This document shows, in pieces, positions 62,379-64,000 of a stretch of 64,000 nucleotides of DNA. The stretch is from positions 8,659 to 72,658 of the IMG/VR virus record IMGVR_UViG_2974766419_000001; one strand, given 5' to 3'. Both the position numbers and the translations under genes were made by a program. Numbering within the stretch: position 1 is the first letter of the stretch; each line of letters begins with the position of its first letter. This DNA comes from a virus (taxonomy: Duplodnaviria > Caudoviricetes). Below the pieces are notes generated by a model. The model did no database searches. It saw nothing but the letters and a program-made list of their open reading frames with translations, and was not told where the DNA came from.

Positions 62379-62414
62379 GGCATGAACACAGGCATGAACA
62401 CAGGCATGAACACA
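62379..62414 (+). repeat. 12-bp tandem repeat x3
   Basis: GGCATGAACACA three times, followed by a degenerate copy. Confidence 0.9.
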
Positions 62415-62565
62415 GGCATGGACAGCTGCGCGTCGCGCACGCGGGCAAAGTCAAAGAGGAACGCATACGCGCACGTCAGATCCCGCCGCGCGCACACGCA
62501 CAGCAAACGCGCAAAACGGACACAGGAGTGGACGCAGGTATGGACAGCGGACGCGCACGAGGAGG

Positions 62566-62582
62566 TGTTCGGAAACCGAACA
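62566..62582. repeat. 17-bp palindrome
   Basis: TGTTCGG-AAA-CCGAACA. Confidence 0.95.
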
Positions 62583-62593
62583 GGCGCGCCGCC

Positions 62594-62880
62594 GGGTCCG
62601 AGTGCGCCCCCGGGTCCGAGTGTGTGCGGGTCCGAGCGTGCGGGTCCGAGTGTGTGCGGGTCCGAGTGTGTGCGCCCCCGGGGCCCGATGCGCCACGCGC
62701 GCGTAGGTCCGATGCGCCACGCGCGCGTAGGTCCGATGCGGGGCCGCCAGTCCGATGCGGGCCTCCGATGCGGCCCCGCCAGTCCGATGCGGCCCCCTGG
62801 CCCCGCCAGTCCGATGGGCGGCCGCCAGTCCGATGCGGGGCTGTGGGCCCGGCCAGTCCGATGCGGGCGCCCCGATGCGT
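62594..62880 (+). repeat. degenerate GTCCGAG/GTCCGATGCG iterations
   Basis: Repeated GGTCCGAG(TGTG) units followed by many (GT)CCGATGCG units. Boundaries approximate. Confidence 0.8.
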
Positions 62881-62885
62881 CGGGG

Positions 62886-62902
62886 TGTTCGGAAACCGAA
62901 CA
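62886..62902. repeat. 17-bp palindrome
   Basis: TGTTCGG-AAA-CCGAACA. Confidence 0.95.
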
Positions 62903-62918
62903 CCTTGCCGGCCGGCCC

Positions 62919-63005
62919 AATGGTCTAACCATTGCCGGCACGAACATGCGTTCGAAGACTGACGTCTAATGGTCTAACCATTGCCGGCACGAACATGCGT
63001 TCGAA
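62919..63005 (+). repeat. 38-bp direct repeat x2
   Basis: AATGGTCTAACCATTGCCGGCACGAACATGCGTTCGAA at 62919-62956 and 62968-63005. Confidence 0.92.
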
Positions 63006-63014
63006 CACGTTGGG

Positions 63015-63031
63015 TGTTCGGAAACCGAACA
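63015..63031. repeat. 17-bp palindrome
   Basis: TGTTCGG-AAA-CCGAACA. Confidence 0.95.
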
Positions 63032-63091
63032 CCCGCGACAGACGGGACGCGGACACGGGTTGACCTGCGGAAACCGGGGTATTCGGTCCTA

Positions 63092-63120
63092 TTGACGTAG
63101 GCCCTAGACAGGCATAGGAT
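63092..63120 (+). promoter_or_regulatory. SigA-type promoter
   Basis: TTGACG-17 bp-TAGGAT. Confidence 0.85.
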
Positions 63121-63172
63121 CGAACTAGTTCGACCGCAGGAGCCGAACACAACCCACGAAAGAGAGACAGAA

Positions 63173-63886
63173 ATGAACGCACAGGGAACCACCGCCAACG
63201 GAGTCATCACCGCCGACGATCAGGCCGCGGCCAACGCGAAGGCTGAACAGGCAGCACTTCAGAAGGACGCGATCGCCCTCGACCGCGCCATCGACAAAGA
63301 CCTGAAGAAGATCAGCGACACCGTCCAGTCGCTTGCCCAGAAGCTCGCCCAGATGAAGCGTTCCGACGCTTGGAAACTCGTGAAGGACGTGAACACGGGC
63401 AAGCCGTTCACCTCGTTCGCAAAGTACCTCGAAAGCAAGCAGGATCTGCTGCCCAATGATCTGGGCGTCAAGACTCGCAAAGCGTTCGTCGCGGAAATGG
63501 TGGCCTACGGACTGTCGATCTCCGACATGGTGGCGGCCACGGGTAAGGGTCGCGCCACAATCGCCGGGGACGCACAGCAGGCACGCGGTGAGGAAACCGC
63601 CGACGATAAGAAGCGCAAGGCACGTACCGACGGTGAGGAGACGGCCGAACAGGCCGCGACGAAAGCGCTGAAGTCCTTCGAGCTGGCACTAGGCAAGGTC
63701 AATGACGCAATGCAGCACATGACGCCGGAACAGTTGGACGCGGTGGTTACCGCCGGTCGCAAAATCGCCAATCAGGCCGCGCATCAGCGCGCGCTGATCG
63801 CACCCAAACCGGCACGCGCATCGCGCAAGGTTGCACCGTCGGAGTCGGTGGCCACGTCCGCGCCGGTCGTCGCGGCAACGGCCTAG
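63173..63886 (+). CDS. hypothetical helical protein, possible HTH
   Basis: 237 aa. GLSISDMVAATGKGRATIA resembles an HTH. Preceded by CCCACGAAAGAGAG. Confidence 0.8.
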   Translation: MNAQGTTANGVITADDQAAANAKAEQAALQKDAIALDRAIDKDLKKISDTVQSLAQKLAQMKRSDAWKLVKDVNTGKPFTSFAKYLESKQDLLPNDLGVKTRKAFVAEMVAYGLSISDMVAATGKGRATIAGDAQQARGEETADDKKRKARTDGEETAEQAATKALKSFELALGKVNDAMQHMTPEQLDAVVTAGRKIANQAAHQRALIAPKPARASRKVAPSESVATSAPVVAATA

Positions 63887-63927
63887 CGGCCCAACCGCCC
63901 GCGCGCCACACGTGCGCGCGGGCACAC

Positions 63928-63976
63928 GCCGGTCCCGAACGCGTATCGCACACGCGTTCGGACCGGCTTTTTTTTT
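63928..63976 (+). terminator. intrinsic terminator
   Basis: GCCGGTCCCGAACGCGT-7 nt-ACGCGTTCGGACCGGC (one bulge) followed by T9. Confidence 0.9.
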
Positions 63977-63996
63977 GAAAATTTCCAGGGGCCGAC

Positions 63997-64000
63997 GTGT
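63997..64000. other. probable right genome end (short 3' overhang GTGT)
   Basis: Window ends GTGT just after the last terminator. I recall Cluster O phages having 4-base 3' overhangs. Cannot be proven from sequence alone. Confidence 0.5.

Noticed and set aside
639-63031. CRISPR array interpretation of the 17-bp repeats
   Set aside because: Copies are dispersed with genes between them, not separated by uniform 30-40 bp spacers, and no cas genes are present.
62140-63210. ORFs of 60-244 aa across the terminal repeat block
   Set aside because: Their sequences simply translate the DNA repeats (MNTG, GPMR, GPSVC) in several frames and lack convincing starts.
1-64000. Integrase, attP, tRNA or rRNA genes
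   Set aside because: No recombinase motifs or cloverleaf-like sequences were recognised by eye. A tRNAscan or Aragorn run would be needed to exclude tRNAs formally.

Overview
The window is about 64 kb of a high-GC siphovirus genome, very likely a Cluster O (Corndog-like) mycobacteriophage. It starts inside the primase/helicase gene and appears to run to the right genome end (last bases GTGT). The cluster assignment rests on recalled gene order and motifs and needs BLAST confirmation. Left arm (+): prim-pol/helicase, a truncated MPME element, a leftward WhiB-like gene, HNH genes, terminase, portal, a methyltransferase plus three glycosyltransferases, protease, capsid, head-tail genes and major tail. 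A four-gene leftward HTH operon follows, then the tail chaperones, tape measure, minor tails (one a D-Ala-D-Ala carboxypeptidase) and an extended lysis cassette. Right arm (-): beta clamp, SPFH lipoprotein, Ku, ParB-like protein, an AAA ATPase operon and many small genes, then a repeat-rich non-coding region and one rightward gene with its own promoter and terminator. I found 38 copies of the palindrome TGTTCGG-N3-CCGAACA by eye (33 perfect, 5 with one mismatch). Four related SigA-type promoters overlap a second inverted repeat, and a purine-rich start-associated motif recurs. Less obvious candidates are an ADP-ribosyltransferase-like protein, an AEP-like mini-protein, an EF-Ts-like mini-protein, a +1-frame tail chaperone shift and two apparent frameshifts. 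I recognised no integrase, tRNA or CRISPR array.
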